Below, piece after piece: positions 34,705-45,477 of a stretch of 64,000 nucleotides of DNA (its first letter is position 1; the number at the start of each line of letters is the position of its first letter). Both the position numbers and the translations under genes were made by a program. The notes under the pieces were generated by a model. That model was given only the letters and a program-made list of their open reading frames with translations, made no database searches and had not been told where the DNA came from. This DNA is from Thermoproteota archaeon. GTDB lineage: Archaea > Thermoproteota > Methanomethylicia > Methanomethylicales > Methanomethylicaceae. The DNA is taken from the NCBI GenBank assembly GCA_029887795.1, contig JARXPE010000001.1:1386-65385 (forward strand), read 5' to 3'.

Positions 34705-37101
34705 TTATTTTTTACGCATGCCAAGAATCGCAGCTATTATTATCGCAATTATTGCCAACACGATGGCACCATAAGCCAAGTTTGTAAGCGAGGCAACCTG
34801 CGAGTTCAGCGATGCTACTTGTGAGTTCAATTGGGAAACCTGGTTCTTATAAGTAGTCAGCATATCATCAATTGAGGTTACCGTTACTTTTACTGACTGT
34901 GTTTTTTGTGGTGGAACGGCCAATGTTAGTCCGCTGTACGGGAATGTTGGACCAGTCGCAGTTGATGCTGCAGCAGTCTTCGCCCCAACACCAGGGAGAC
35001 TTACTCTGAAGTAGTATGTTCCAGTACTCGTTGGAACGTAGACTAATTGGTAGTATCCACCAGTGGTTGTTATGGTCTGTGCAACTGGCGTAAATGTTGA
35101 GTTGTCAGTGCTCATCTCTAATAGCGCTACGAATCCACCCTCCTGTACAGCAGCCACAGGATCGACTATAAACTGTCCTGTGAAGACTATTGGTTCATTG
35201 ACCAAGTATGAGGCACCGACAGTGACCTGCCCTCCCGCGGCTGGCACTTTGTACCCAGCCATTGCTAAGTATTCCTTGGCTTTCTCAGGGTTGTAATCTC
35301 TGGGCACACATGCAGTGTTGTAGTACGGGCTGAGCGGGTTAACATGCACAGAGGCAGGCTCCGCAAATCCGCTAAGGAGGTTCTCTATGATAAGCTTGCG
35401 CGGTATGAGGTACTCAAAGGCAAGTCTCACATATCTTGCCGCCTCAGCAGCCCTCGACGGGTCCTGCTTGCCCAACGGGGTCGCTGTACCAGTTCCAAAG
35501 ACAGGGTGTCTCATGTTATATCCCAGTTGTTGAATTCCAGAACCTCTGAGTATGTAGTTAGTGGCGAAGTTGAGGTTGCCTGCCTGGTAGTCCCTTGAGA
35601 GCTGGTAGTTCTGGTCGAGTATGTGGACTTCGCCGTTCTTGAGTGCAGCGATTGCAGCGTCTTTCTCCACTATGTACCTAACGTAGAACTTCTGAACTTG
35701 GAAGAGACCTTGAGCTTCTAAGTTAGCCTTGTTCCAGTAGTTATTGTATTTCTCCAGTGTCACTATTGCCCTTACTGGGTCGTAGCTAACGAACTTGTAT
35801 GGACCGCACCCTATAGGACCAGAGAAGGTCTGACCGTTAGAGACATATGTACCAGTTCCCTTGTTGAATGGGTGCTCTTTCCACTGCTCGAATGGGACGT
35901 TGCCGAGTACGTGTTTCGGAAGTATTGCTACACCATCACCCTCGGGGTGGAATGTTGCTGCAGGCTTACCAAGTTCACCAAAGTCTGCTATTGTTATTCT
36001 TACAGTGTACTTATCAACAGCCTCTATTGTGGCCTTTCTTGGGTTGCTCACGTCATCAGGTGCAGGGTAGTAACCAACACCGTTTTCTAAGTCTATGACG
36101 AGCCTTGTTGTTGATCCGTCAAGCCACTTAAAGGTAATGTCCTCACCAATATATCCAGCCTCATAGGCTGATTGCTGTGATCCAGACTGCGGGTTAAGGT
36201 ATGCCAAAAATGAGAAGACAACATCGTCTGCAGTTACCTCAATGCCATCATGGAAGTAAACACCTGGTCTGATTTTATACGTAAATGTTCTTCCATCAGC
36301 TGAAACTGTTGGATGATCTAAGGCTATGGCAGGCTTGAACTCGTAGTTTGAATCAAGGTAGTAGAGGGAGTCAAACACGGAGTTAAATACCTCTGTATCG
36401 TACCAGGAATTGGATAGTGGCGGACAGAGATCTAACAATTCACCAGTAGTTGCAAGCACAACTTCGCTCCTTCCTGTAAGGAACTGAGGTGTCGGACCGA
36501 TGTTGTCAAAGATCCATTCGTAGCCATGGAAGTTTAGAGCACTATCAGCTGTGAAAACTGCCTGTGAGAAGAATATCTGCGAGGCCGGAACGTCGTTATA
36601 TTGGACCATTTGCCAGTCCTTGAACGCCTGTATTCCTTCAGGAGTGTAACCCTTGGTCATGAAAGATTCTATCAATCTGTCGCTCTGTGGATTATTCCAA
36701 AGGAAATAGTTTGAGTTCGGAGGGAGGTTTTTGCTGTAGTAGATTTGGAATGCGCCAGAGAATGGTGTAGAAGGAGCTCCAGGCGTCCATCCTATAAACA
36801 GAGCATCCCAGCCACCCTCATCCCAAGTCTTTCCAATGTTCTCAGGCGGTGGAGTCAATATTCTGTCATAGACAGAGCCCCATCCTAAGAAGACAACCCT
36901 AGCATCTATTCCGACAGATTGGAATGAATTCGCTATGATCAGACCCCACTGTCTTCTCAGTAGGTTGGCGCTACCAGGTGCCACAAGTGTCATTTTGAAT
37001 AGTGGCTGATCTGCAGAAAGCACCAATGGTTGTACAAAGGCAAACACCGAAACAACCATTATCCCTGCTATTGCTATCGCAAAAATAGATTTGCTTTTCA
37101 T
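34705..37101 (-). CDS. ABC transporter substrate-binding protein, family 5 (oligo/dipeptide type) with C-terminal stalk and TM anchor
   Basis: Signal peptide and SBP_bac_5-like core. C-terminal Thr-rich segment with the repeat 'QVSQLNSQVASLNSQVASL' and terminal TM 'AIVLAIIAIIIAAILG'. 798 aa. Confidence 0.8.
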   Translation of the reverse strand: MKSKSIFAIAIAGIMVVSVFAFVQPLVLSADQPLFKMTLVAPGSANLLRRQWGLIIANSFQSVGIDARVVFLGWGSVYDRILTPPPENIGKTWDEGGWDALFIGWTPGAPSTPFSGAFQIYYSKNLPPNSNYFLWNNPQSDRLIESFMTKGYTPEGIQAFKDWQMVQYNDVPASQIFFSQAVFTADSALNFHGYEWIFDNIGPTPQFLTGRSEVVLATTGELLDLCPPLSNSWYDTEVFNSVFDSLYYLDSNYEFKPAIALDHPTVSADGRTFTYKIRPGVYFHDGIEVTADDVVFSFLAYLNPQSGSQQSAYEAGYIGEDITFKWLDGSTTRLVIDLENGVGYYPAPDDVSNPRKATIEAVDKYTVRITIADFGELGKPAATFHPEGDGVAILPKHVLGNVPFEQWKEHPFNKGTGTYVSNGQTFSGPIGCGPYKFVSYDPVRAIVTLEKYNNYWNKANLEAQGLFQVQKFYVRYIVEKDAAIAALKNGEVHILDQNYQLSRDYQAGNLNFATNYILRGSGIQQLGYNMRHPVFGTGTATPLGKQDPSRAAEAARYVRLAFEYLIPRKLIIENLLSGFAEPASVHVNPLSPYYNTACVPRDYNPEKAKEYLAMAGYKVPAAGGQVTVGASYLVNEPIVFTGQFIVDPVAAVQEGGFVALLEMSTDNSTFTPVAQTITTTGGYYQLVYVPTSTGTYYFRVSLPGVGAKTAAASTATGPTFPYSGLTLAVPPQKTQSVKVTVTSIDDMLTTYKNQVSQLNSQVASLNSQVASLTNLAYGAIVLAIIAIIIAAILGMRKK

Positions 37102-37274
37102 TCAATATCACCCATATTAGTGGTGTATTGAAATATTAATCTTAAAGTGTATTTAAGATCTGCCATTCTAATCGGTGCCTGTAAAAAATACTTATAATAA
37201 AAAAATAAATGAAAATAGAAACGACGGTGAAAGTGTACAAAGTTTCCAATTAACGAGTTTTGATATTTTGAGAC

Positions 37275-38294
37275 TCAGACAAATTTATGCCAGTAGTGGC
37301 ATGACACGAAGTGATCTATGTCAACTTCAGACAGTACAGGTTTCTCTTCCTTGCACTTTGAGTCTGCGTATTGGCATCGTGGGTGGAATCTGCAGCCAGG
37401 AGGTGGATTAATTGGACTAGGGACTTCCCCGGGGAGGACTATAATGTTCATCTTCCTTTTTGGGTCAGGGATTGGAACTGCTGACATTAGCGCCTTGGTG
37501 TAGGGGTGCACTGGACGATCGAACAGTTTCTCGGTTGGGGCATGCTCAACGATCTCCCCAAGGTACATTACAATTACACGTTGGGAGATCTGTCTAACCG
37601 AACTGAGATCGTGGGAGATGTATAGATAGGACATACCAAGTCTTTCTTGAAGCTCCATTATAAGGTTCAAGATTTGAGCGCGTATCGAGACATCCAGAGA
37701 GGAGACCGGTTCATCGGCAATAATGAACTTCGGCTCAACAGCCAAAGCCCTTGCGATACAGATTCTTTGCCTCTGTCCTCCACTGAACTCGTGCGGGTAC
37801 CTTTCCGCATGGTATGGTTCGAGACCAACCATCTCTAGTAGTTTGTAGACCCGCTCCTTCCACTCGCTTGAGGGCACGTGCTTATGTATCTTGAAGGGCT
37901 CGCTTATGATGTCGTAAACTGTCATTCTTGGATCCAATGAGGCGTAAGGGTTTTGGAAAACCATCTGCATTGATCTTCGGAGCTTCATTTGCTCTTCTTT
38001 TGATCCTTTCGAGAACGTTTGGACGATCTCCTTGCCCTCAAAGAAGATCTGCCCAGAGGAAGGCTTCTCTAAGTAGAGGATGAGTTTGCCCGTCGTGGTT
38101 TTTCCACAGCCACTCTCGCCCACCAGTCCTACAGTTTCCCTTTCATTCACAGTAAACGAGATGTGGTCGACGGCGTGTACATTTCCGATGATCTTCTTTC
38201 TGAAGATGCCCCTAGAATATACAGGGAAGTATTTTACAAGATCCCTCACTTCGAGCAGCGGTGGCAAATCAGGATCTACCTCCTTGAAGTTCAC
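37275..38294 (-). CDS. ABC transporter ATP-binding protein (OppF/DppF-type)
   Basis: Walker A 'GESGCGKTT', signature 'FSGGQRQR', Walker B 'IIADEPVSSLD', C-terminal oligopeptide-transporter Cys motif. Confidence 0.85.
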   Translation of the reverse strand: MNFKEVDPDLPPLLEVRDLVKYFPVYSRGIFRKKIIGNVHAVDHISFTVNERETVGLVGESGCGKTTTGKLILYLEKPSSGQIFFEGKEIVQTFSKGSKEEQMKLRRSMQMVFQNPYASLDPRMTVYDIISEPFKIHKHVPSSEWKERVYKLLEMVGLEPYHAERYPHEFSGGQRQRICIARALAVEPKFIIADEPVSSLDVSIRAQILNLIMELQERLGMSYLYISHDLSSVRQISQRVIVMYLGEIVEHAPTEKLFDRPVHPYTKALMSAVPIPDPKRKMNIIVLPGEVPSPINPPPGCRFHPRCQYADSKCKEEKPVLSEVDIDHFVSCHYWHKFV

Positions 38295-39243
38295 GCCATC
38301 TATGGCATGAAATGAAGTGGGAATTTCCGACGTCCTCCAACGGCGGCTTCTTCTCTTTACATAGGTCTATAGCATACTGGCAACGAGGATGGAATCTGCA
38401 GCCTGAAGGAGGATCAATGAGGTTTGGAATGTTCCCGGGTATTGAGATCAGCTTTCTAGTCTCGTCAAGTCTTGGAACAGCCTTCAATAATGCTTCTGTA
38501 TATGGGTGGGGTCTCTCAAAGATCTCTTCTATACTGCCGCTCTCCATGACGTTACCTGCGTAGAGGACGACTACGTATTTACACATCTCTGCCACGATGC
38601 CCATGTCATGAGTTATCATAACTAATGTCATGCCAAGTTCTCTCTGAAGATCTTTGAGTAAGGCAATAATCTGTGCCTGAATTGTCACGTCTAGGTTTGT
38701 TGTTGGCTCGTCAGCGAACAAAAGTTCCGGGTTGAGCAGTAGGGCCCTAGCTATACAGATCCTCTGCTTCATGCCCCCGCTAAACTGGTGCGGATATTGG
38801 TATATGGCATGCTCCGGATCGGGAAGTTTCACAATCCTAAGCGCTTTAATCACCCGGTCCAGAGCTTCCTCCTTCTTCACTTTCTCGTGTTCGATAACAA
38901 TGTCTGCGAGCTGAGAGCCTATGGTAAAAAGCGGATTTAATGAGCTTGTCGGATCTTGAAAAATGAGAGAGATCTTTTTACCCCTATACTTTCTCATCTC
39001 TTCTTCCTTTTTGAGAAGGAGGTCCTCGCCATTAAACAGAATCTTGCCACCTATTATTTTTCCGGGTCTTGGTACTATTCTTAGGACGGACTGAGCTGTG
39101 ACTGATTTTCCGCTTCCGCTCTCCCCGACCAATCCAACGGTGCAGCCCCTTTCTACGGAGAGGGTCACGTCATCGACTGCCTTGACTACCCCTGCTTCTG
39201 TAAAGAAGTAGGTTTTAAGGTTCTCGATCTCAAGCAGGTTCAT
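38269..39243 (-). CDS. ABC transporter ATP-binding protein (OppD/DppD-type)
   Basis: Walker A 'GESGSGKS', signature 'FSGGMKQR', Walker B 'LFADEPTTNLD'. Confidence 0.85.
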   Translation of the reverse strand: MNLLEIENLKTYFFTEAGVVKAVDDVTLSVERGCTVGLVGESGSGKSVTAQSVLRIVPRPGKIIGGKILFNGEDLLLKKEEEMRKYRGKKISLIFQDPTSSLNPLFTIGSQLADIVIEHEKVKKEEALDRVIKALRIVKLPDPEHAIYQYPHQFSGGMKQRICIARALLLNPELLFADEPTTNLDVTIQAQIIALLKDLQRELGMTLVMITHDMGIVAEMCKYVVVLYAGNVMESGSIEEIFERPHPYTEALLKAVPRLDETRKLISIPGNIPNLIDPPSGCRFHPRCQYAIDLCKEKKPPLEDVGNSHFISCHRWRELQGGRS

Positions 39244-39249
39244 TTTGAA

Positions 39250-40200
39250 CTACTCCCTCAGTCTTGGATTCAATGCGTCTGAAAGGCCATCACCAACAAG
39301 GTTGAATGCAAGAACTGTAAGAAAGACGGCCAGTCCGGGAAATACTTCTGCCCACCAGACTGTCGAGAGGTCTTGCAGACTCTCCTCCATCAGTCGGCCC
39401 CATGTTATCGTGTTAGGATCACCAAATCCCAAGAAGCTCACAGCAGCTTCCACTAAAACTGCAGAAGCCATTGTGAGCGTTCCCAATACGATAACCTGTG
39501 GCAATATGTTAGGGAAGATGTGGCGCAGCATGATCCACCTAGAGCTTGCTCCAAGACTTTTTGCTGCTTGGATGAACTCACATTCCTTCATCCTCAGAAC
39601 TTCGCCCCTTATAACACGCGCATAGGATGCCCAGCCGAATATAGAGACTATAATCACAACTATTGTGAGACCTACTGGAATTTTTATGCCAAAAACATCC
39701 CAGAACGGTTCCGCGACACCCAATTGGTAAATTCTTGAGAACAAAAGTATGAAAAGTAGAGATGGAAATACCAAAAATACCTCGGTCACCCTCATCAGCA
39801 CATCGTCTACAAGACGACCAAAGTAACCAGAGACTATGCCAACGGCGACCGAAAGTGCCATGCTAATAAGCGTGACAGTTACGGCAACATATATGGTGTA
39901 TATAGATCCGTGAATAACTTCGCTGAAGACGTCGGTGCCCATAACGGTAGTTCCGAATGGATGCTTCCATGATGGTGGCTGTGCAGATTCCCCTTCATAT
40001 AGTGGCTTAAATGCATCGGGGTGGGGCCTTGCGGGGTAAGGCGCAATAACATTATGAAACGCGGCAATCACCAGAAGTACCATTATCATGCCAAGTCCTA
40101 CGAGACCGGACCGATGTTTTTTAAATCTGCGCCAGGCGACTGCCCACTGGCTTGCGCCCCTTTCCTTTGTTTCTTTGTCAGATCTCCGTCTAAGGTTCAC
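39250..40200 (-). CDS. ABC transporter permease (OppC/DppC-type)
   Basis: BPD_transp_1-type permease with EAA-like loop. 316 aa. Confidence 0.8.
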   Translation of the reverse strand: MNLRRRSDKETKERGASQWAVAWRRFKKHRSGLVGLGMIMVLLVIAAFHNVIAPYPARPHPDAFKPLYEGESAQPPSWKHPFGTTVMGTDVFSEVIHGSIYTIYVAVTVTLISMALSVAVGIVSGYFGRLVDDVLMRVTEVFLVFPSLLFILLFSRIYQLGVAEPFWDVFGIKIPVGLTIVVIIVSIFGWASYARVIRGEVLRMKECEFIQAAKSLGASSRWIMLRHIFPNILPQVIVLGTLTMASAVLVEAAVSFLGFGDPNTITWGRLMEESLQDLSTVWWAEVFPGLAVFLTVLAFNLVGDGLSDALNPRLRE

Positions 40201-40212
40201 TCTTGAAACCTC

Positions 40213-41193
40213 CTAGTCTATAGTTACTCGGGGATCCACCCAAGCGTAAACCAAGTCGGTGATTAGGTTCGCGATCAGAATCATTATTGTGATGATCATT
40301 GTTATACCCATTATGAGGGGGAAGTCCAATCTAAGGGATGCGGTTACGTAAGCCCTGCCCAGCCCAGGCCAACTGAATACTGTTTCGGTTACAGGCGCCC
40401 CAGCGAGCATTGCACCTATTGAGAGCCCCAACAGTGTGAGGAGGGGGGTTATAGCGTTTTTAAGTGCATATTTGTAAAGAACCTTCCTCTCGGGAATCCC
40501 ACTTGCCCTTGCTGCTAGAATATAATCTTGTCTAAGAACTTCAAGCATTCCAGCCCTAAGTAGACGGACGTTATAAGCCAAATTTGCAAATGTGAGAACT
40601 GTGACTGGCAATACAAGGTGAGCGAGTTCGTCTAAAAACTCATTTTTGATTCCAAATACTGGCCAAAGATAAGGAGCACCGTGTGCTCCAGCAGATGGTA
40701 GCCAGCCAAGATGGTAAGAGAATACAAGAATAAGGACTATACCAAACCAAAAGACGGGGACAGAGATTCCAAATATCGCAACGCTGGAGACCGTATAATC
40801 AGCGGCCGAACGTTGCTTTACTGCCGAGTACACCCCTGCAGGAATCGATATGAAGAAGGCAAGCAGTATTGATATTAACTGTAACTTGGCAGTCTCCCAC
40901 ACGAGGGAGGATATTATCTCATTGACAGGCCTGCCACCGTAGAGAGACTTTCCAAAGTCTCCATGGACGAAGTGGTCAAGCCATCTTAGGTATTGGACCG
41001 GAATGGGATCGTTTAGACCGTAGTATTCCCTGAGGAATTGTCTTTGGGCTTCGGTTATGCTAGGGTTACCGGCGGTGGCAAGCTGGATCGGATCTCCAGC
41101 AGCATACATAACGAGAAAACTAACGAGAGAGATGCCAATTATCAGAGGAACCATGTATATTGCCCGTCTTATGATGTACTTGGCTAGTCCCAA
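40213..41193 (-). CDS. ABC transporter permease (OppB/DppB-type)
   Basis: BPD_transp_1-type permease. 326 aa. First gene of the minus-strand operon. Confidence 0.8.
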   Translation of the reverse strand: MGLAKYIIRRAIYMVPLIIGISLVSFLVMYAAGDPIQLATAGNPSITEAQRQFLREYYGLNDPIPVQYLRWLDHFVHGDFGKSLYGGRPVNEIISSLVWETAKLQLISILLAFFISIPAGVYSAVKQRSAADYTVSSVAIFGISVPVFWFGIVLILVFSYHLGWLPSAGAHGAPYLWPVFGIKNEFLDELAHLVLPVTVLTFANLAYNVRLLRAGMLEVLRQDYILAARASGIPERKVLYKYALKNAITPLLTLLGLSIGAMLAGAPVTETVFSWPGLGRAYVTASLRLDFPLIMGITMIITIMILIANLITDLVYAWVDPRVTID

Positions 41194-41351
41194 GCAATGA
41201 CACCTTTTTTTTCAACTAATAGACTTTAGTATTTAAATTTTTGCAGATTTTTAACTGGATTTTATATTTGATTCTTTGTATCGTACTTCATCGTGGATGG
41301 GGCCTAAATTTAAAAAAGATACATTTTTAGTATGAATGGTGCGAATTTTTT

Positions 41352-42221
41352 CTATTCAACCATGGCTTCATATGCTCTTATGAGGGCCTGTGTTCCTTTC
41401 TCGCCTAAACCCTTTGCCTCTGCGATCCGGAATATCTGGTGCGCCAACCCTGTGGCGAGCAATGGTGCTCTAAGTTCCTCAGCAAGTTGGAGTGCCAATC
41501 GCAGGTCCTTTTGTTGAAGCCTTAGCTTGAAGCCTGGTTCCATATCCCCTGAGAGTATCTTCGGGGCAAGGTTTGATATGATATTTGACGCCCCCAGACC
41601 TCCGCTGACGACCTCGATCATCCTAGCAACATCAACGCCCGTTTTCTTGCAAAGAGCTATCCCTTCACACATGGACACTATGTTCAGTGCGCAGATCACT
41701 TGGTTGCAGAGCTTGACGATCTCGCCAGCACCGTTTCCGCCAACATGGACGATTACTCGCCCCATTGCCTTAAATATTGGCAGGCACCTTTCAAAAACTT
41801 CTTTCTTGCCACCCACCATTATGGAAAGGGTTCCCTCGATTGCCCCCTTCTGACCGCCGCTGACTGGTGCGTCCAGCATTTCCACGCCCTTGGTTGCAAG
41901 CGCATTGGCGATCTCGACGGTAACTTTGGGAGAAACCGTACTCATATCTATCACCACCATCCCAGAACGGACGCCCTCAATCACGCCGTTTTTGCCTAGA
42001 ATGACCTCTCTAACGTCTGGGGAATCAGGCAACATGGTGATTACGACATCTGTTTTCTCGGCAACCTCGCGACCTGAGAATGCGGGTTCTGCGCCTAAGT
42101 TGACAAGCTCATCTACAGGTTTTCTGCTCCTATTGTGCACCACGAGGCTGTAACCATTCTTTATCAGATTTTTTGCCATTGGCAGACCCATAATCCCAAG
42201 ACCAATAAATCCGACCTTCAA
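41352..42221 (-). CDS. NAD(P)-dependent 3-hydroxyisobutyrate/tartronate-semialdehyde dehydrogenase-family oxidoreductase
   Basis: 'VGFIGLGIMGLPMAKNL' Rossmann site and HIBADH family pattern. 289 aa. Confidence 0.8.
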   Translation of the reverse strand: MKVGFIGLGIMGLPMAKNLIKNGYSLVVHNRSRKPVDELVNLGAEPAFSGREVAEKTDVVITMLPDSPDVREVILGKNGVIEGVRSGMVVIDMSTVSPKVTVEIANALATKGVEMLDAPVSGGQKGAIEGTLSIMVGGKKEVFERCLPIFKAMGRVIVHVGGNGAGEIVKLCNQVICALNIVSMCEGIALCKKTGVDVARMIEVVSGGLGASNIISNLAPKILSGDMEPGFKLRLQQKDLRLALQLAEELRAPLLATGLAHQIFRIAEAKGLGEKGTQALIRAYEAMVE

Positions 42222-42365
42222 AGTTTTACGACCCCCATTCTCAAAAGTCTTTAATTATGTATAAGAGTTGTGCCTTATTTTCCAATATTTGTCGGCGATC
42301 GGCAGGATTCTCCCAAATTTTATATTTCATTGTACCATTAATATCTCAAGTGATTGAATTGAAAG

Positions 42366-42625
42366 TGTGTAAAAAATGCAGATGGTGGAGACCAGACGCA
42401 ATTCTGATATACGTAGGTGAGTGTGAGATAAAGCGTATCTCGACAAGAGAGTCAGAGGGGCCCTGTGAGGATTTTGCCGAAAGGGTTGAGGCAGAGTTTA
42501 TGTGGTGCAGTGATTGTAGAGAAACTTTTCATAAAAGTGAAAAAGAACGGCACAGAGAGCATAGCATACACCAAGGGGCTCATGTTGACGAGGATGCTCA
42601 CGAGTACATACAGGCTGGTGACTGA
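42366..42625 (+). CDS. Small Cys-rich (zinc-ribbon-like) protein
   Basis: 'CKKC...C...C...CSDC' arrangement. Start uncertain: the 5' part of the 42257 ORF looks like AT-rich non-coding. A GTG at about 42366 is proposed. Confidence 0.3.
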
Positions 42626-44524
42626 ATGGATTTAAATATCATCATAGGAGGACCTCAAGGTGGCGGCGTTGAGACGGCCGGCATGTTGTTAATAAGGGCA
42701 ACAGCCACCGCTGGGTTACAAGTCTTCGGCGTAAGGGAATACCACTCCAACATAAAGGGAAAGCATAGTTATTTCCATATAAGGACCTCAAACAAACCCA
42801 TCAACAGTATAAAGCATCCTGCCGACATTCTTGGAGGGCTCGACCCCGAGACACTTGCTACACACTTCTCTGAGCTGAGAAAAGGAGGGGTCGTTGTTTA
42901 TGACGAAGCGATCGAGAGTAAATCATTGACAAGATCACCTTCCATAGACCCAGCGAAAGCCAAAAGGCTCAGATCGGCGCTCACAGAGAAAGGGATAAAG
43001 GACACCGTTGAAGGTCTGAGGGAGTACCTAAAGGGGGAGGGGGTCAGCGTCTATGCTATCCCTTTTTCTAAAATCATCTCGAATGTACTAAAGGGAACGA
43101 ATATTCAGATCGAGAGAACCATGAATACCGCTATCACGTCTGCAATACTCTCTATTTTGGGTATGAAGAAGGACATTGTTTATGATGCTATCAGCAGTCT
43201 CTTCGCAGGTAAAGCAGGGATCATAGAGGTTAACAGAAAGGTCGCAGATGCGGTCTACGAAGAGTTATCCACAGCGGAGAAGTTTCAAGTTGAGAGCGCC
43301 AAAGGGGAAGATGATAAGAAGGGGCATGAAGAGGTAGGAAAGAGACTTTTACTTGCGGGAAATGATGCAGTGGCGATAGGCAAGATTCTCGGGGGATTGA
43401 GGTTTCAGACATACTACCCCATAACCCCAGCTGCAGACGAATCCTTGGTAATAGAGGAGATAGCCAAGATCTTCGATAATGAGGGCAGGATTATAGGATC
43501 GCCAATAGTCGTCCAGACCGAGGACGAGATATCTGCCGTCGGAATGGCAATTGGAGGGGTTCTGACTGGTGTTAGGAGTGCGACCTCTACCAGCGGACCG
43601 GGTTTCTCCCTTATGGTTGAGGGGCTTGGGTGGGCAGGTATTAATGAAGTTCCTTTGGTTATAACATACTACCAGAGGGGAGGACCTTCGACTGGACTTC
43701 CAACAAGGCACAGTCAATCGGACCTACTCTTCTCTATATTTGCAGGTCATGGAGAGTTTGCGAGGATCGTAATAGCCTCCGGCGACCATCGAGAGGCTAT
43801 GGAGGATGCTGTCAAATGCTTCAATTATGCCGAGATCTTCCAAGTGCCTGTGATTCACCTCCTCGATAAGGGTCTTGCCAACTCGGTCACGACAGTCCCC
43901 GTGCCGTCTATCGATATTCCTATTGTCAGAGGGAAAATCGTTGATGGTGGGGAGGAATATAAAAGGTTCAAGCTAACGGAGGACAGGATCTCACCAAGAG
44001 CCTTTCTTGGGAGAACCATCCAGTGGTACACAGGGGACGAACATAACGAATATGGGAACATATGTGAAGATCCGGTTGTTAGGGAAGAGATGTACAGGAA
44101 GAGAATGGAGAAGAGGAGGATGATCCTCGAGGAGTTGCCAGATTGGGACAAGGCAAGATTTTATGGTCCTGAGAAATACGATGACCTGCTCCTCACGTGG
44201 GGGACCACCAAGGGGGCTGTTGTGGATGCTCTGCCAGAGCTCAACGCCACTGGGGAGAGGGTTTCTGTGCTCCAAGTTAGGTTGATGGAGCCCTTCCCAG
44301 CAGATTACGTGTCCGAGTTCATTGCTGGTTCCAGAAGGGTGGTCTCAATCGAGGCCAACTATACAGGGCAGCTTGCTTGGCTAATTGAACGTTATTGCAA
44401 GATAAATGTAGATGGCAAAGTGCTGAAGTACAATGGGAGAACCATCTCAGAGGATGAGGTTCTAAATGGCTACCGTCGGATCAAGGAAGGGGAGACTAGT
44501 GTTGTTCTGACAGGAGGGGAGTGA
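42626..44524 (+). CDS. 2-oxoacid:ferredoxin oxidoreductase alpha subunit (fused gamma-alpha type)
   Basis: N-terminal gamma-like domain 'IIGGPQGGGVETAG' and an alpha core of about 630 aa, as in Sulfolobus-type two-subunit OFOR. Confidence 0.85.
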   Translation: MDLNIIIGGPQGGGVETAGMLLIRATATAGLQVFGVREYHSNIKGKHSYFHIRTSNKPINSIKHPADILGGLDPETLATHFSELRKGGVVVYDEAIESKSLTRSPSIDPAKAKRLRSALTEKGIKDTVEGLREYLKGEGVSVYAIPFSKIISNVLKGTNIQIERTMNTAITSAILSILGMKKDIVYDAISSLFAGKAGIIEVNRKVADAVYEELSTAEKFQVESAKGEDDKKGHEEVGKRLLLAGNDAVAIGKILGGLRFQTYYPITPAADESLVIEEIAKIFDNEGRIIGSPIVVQTEDEISAVGMAIGGVLTGVRSATSTSGPGFSLMVEGLGWAGINEVPLVITYYQRGGPSTGLPTRHSQSDLLFSIFAGHGEFARIVIASGDHREAMEDAVKCFNYAEIFQVPVIHLLDKGLANSVTTVPVPSIDIPIVRGKIVDGGEEYKRFKLTEDRISPRAFLGRTIQWYTGDEHNEYGNICEDPVVREEMYRKRMEKRRMILEELPDWDKARFYGPEKYDDLLLTWGTTKGAVVDALPELNATGERVSVLQVRLMEPFPADYVSEFIAGSRRVVSIEANYTGQLAWLIERYCKINVDGKVLKYNGRTISEDEVLNGYRRIKEGETSVVLTGGE

Positions 44525-44525
44525 A

Positions 44526-45428
44526 ATGGCAGCTGAATGGAGTTCTGATGTCTGGCCTGATTGGTGTCCCGGTTGCGGAAATTTTGGGATACTTTCCGCA
44601 TTAAAGTTGGCACTCTCAGAATTACGGATCAATAAAAGGGAATTTGTCATAGTCTCGGGCATAGGATGCAGCGGGAAGATTGCGCACTTTGTGAGGACAA
44701 ATGGAGTCCATACTCTCCATGGAAGGGCCATACCTTTTGCAAGTGGTATAAAGGTAGCGAATCCAGAACTGAAGGTAGTGGTTCACGGGGGTGACGGGGA
44801 TCTGCTCGGGATAGGCATGGGACACTTCATAGCACTAGGTAGGAGAAATATAGACATCTTGGTCGTGATACATAACAACGGGGTTTATGGACTCACGAAA
44901 GGGCAGGCATCACCAACTTTGGGTAAGGGAGTAAAGACGAAAGGCCTTGCCTTTCCCAACATCACAGAGCCGGTCAATCCTATCCTTTTAGGGATGATGT
45001 CGGGATATACCTTCCTTGCAAGAGGATATGCTTACAGTGTGGAGCATCTGAAGGACTTGTTGAAAGCAGGCCTAAACCACAAGGGTGCGGGTGTGCTCGA
45101 GGTCATCCAGCCTTGTCCAACATGGAACAATGTTACCACCACGGAGTGGGTCTCAAATAATACCTTCTACCTGAAGGATTGGAAACCGCTAGTCGAGAAA
45201 AAGGAAGACCTTGCCCAGAAGATGAAAGAAGTCTTATCTATGGAATACGGAGACAAGAGAGCACTTGGTATAATCCTCGAGGACAATACAAGAGAGGTTT
45301 ACCAGGAACGCGTAACGAAGTTAAACGAGATCTACGACAAATACCCACCTTCCAAACAGAAGATCGAATCAAACGGAAGAATCCTGCCGATAAGCTTCGA
45401 AAAGACGTTTGAGAAGTATCTAATTTAA
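44526..45428 (+). CDS. 2-oxoacid:ferredoxin oxidoreductase beta subunit (TPP-binding)
   Basis: 'WCPGCGNFG' Cys motif and TPP-binding 'GGDGD' region. 300 aa. One-nt gap from the alpha subunit. Confidence 0.85.
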   Translation: MAAEWSSDVWPDWCPGCGNFGILSALKLALSELRINKREFVIVSGIGCSGKIAHFVRTNGVHTLHGRAIPFASGIKVANPELKVVVHGGDGDLLGIGMGHFIALGRRNIDILVVIHNNGVYGLTKGQASPTLGKGVKTKGLAFPNITEPVNPILLGMMSGYTFLARGYAYSVEHLKDLLKAGLNHKGAGVLEVIQPCPTWNNVTTTEWVSNNTFYLKDWKPLVEKKEDLAQKMKEVLSMEYGDKRALGIILEDNTREVYQERVTKLNEIYDKYPPSKQKIESNGRILPISFEKTFEKYLI

Positions 45429-45477
45429 CAATACGACCGTATGACATAACGTAATTATTATCGGAGATGAAAACAAA

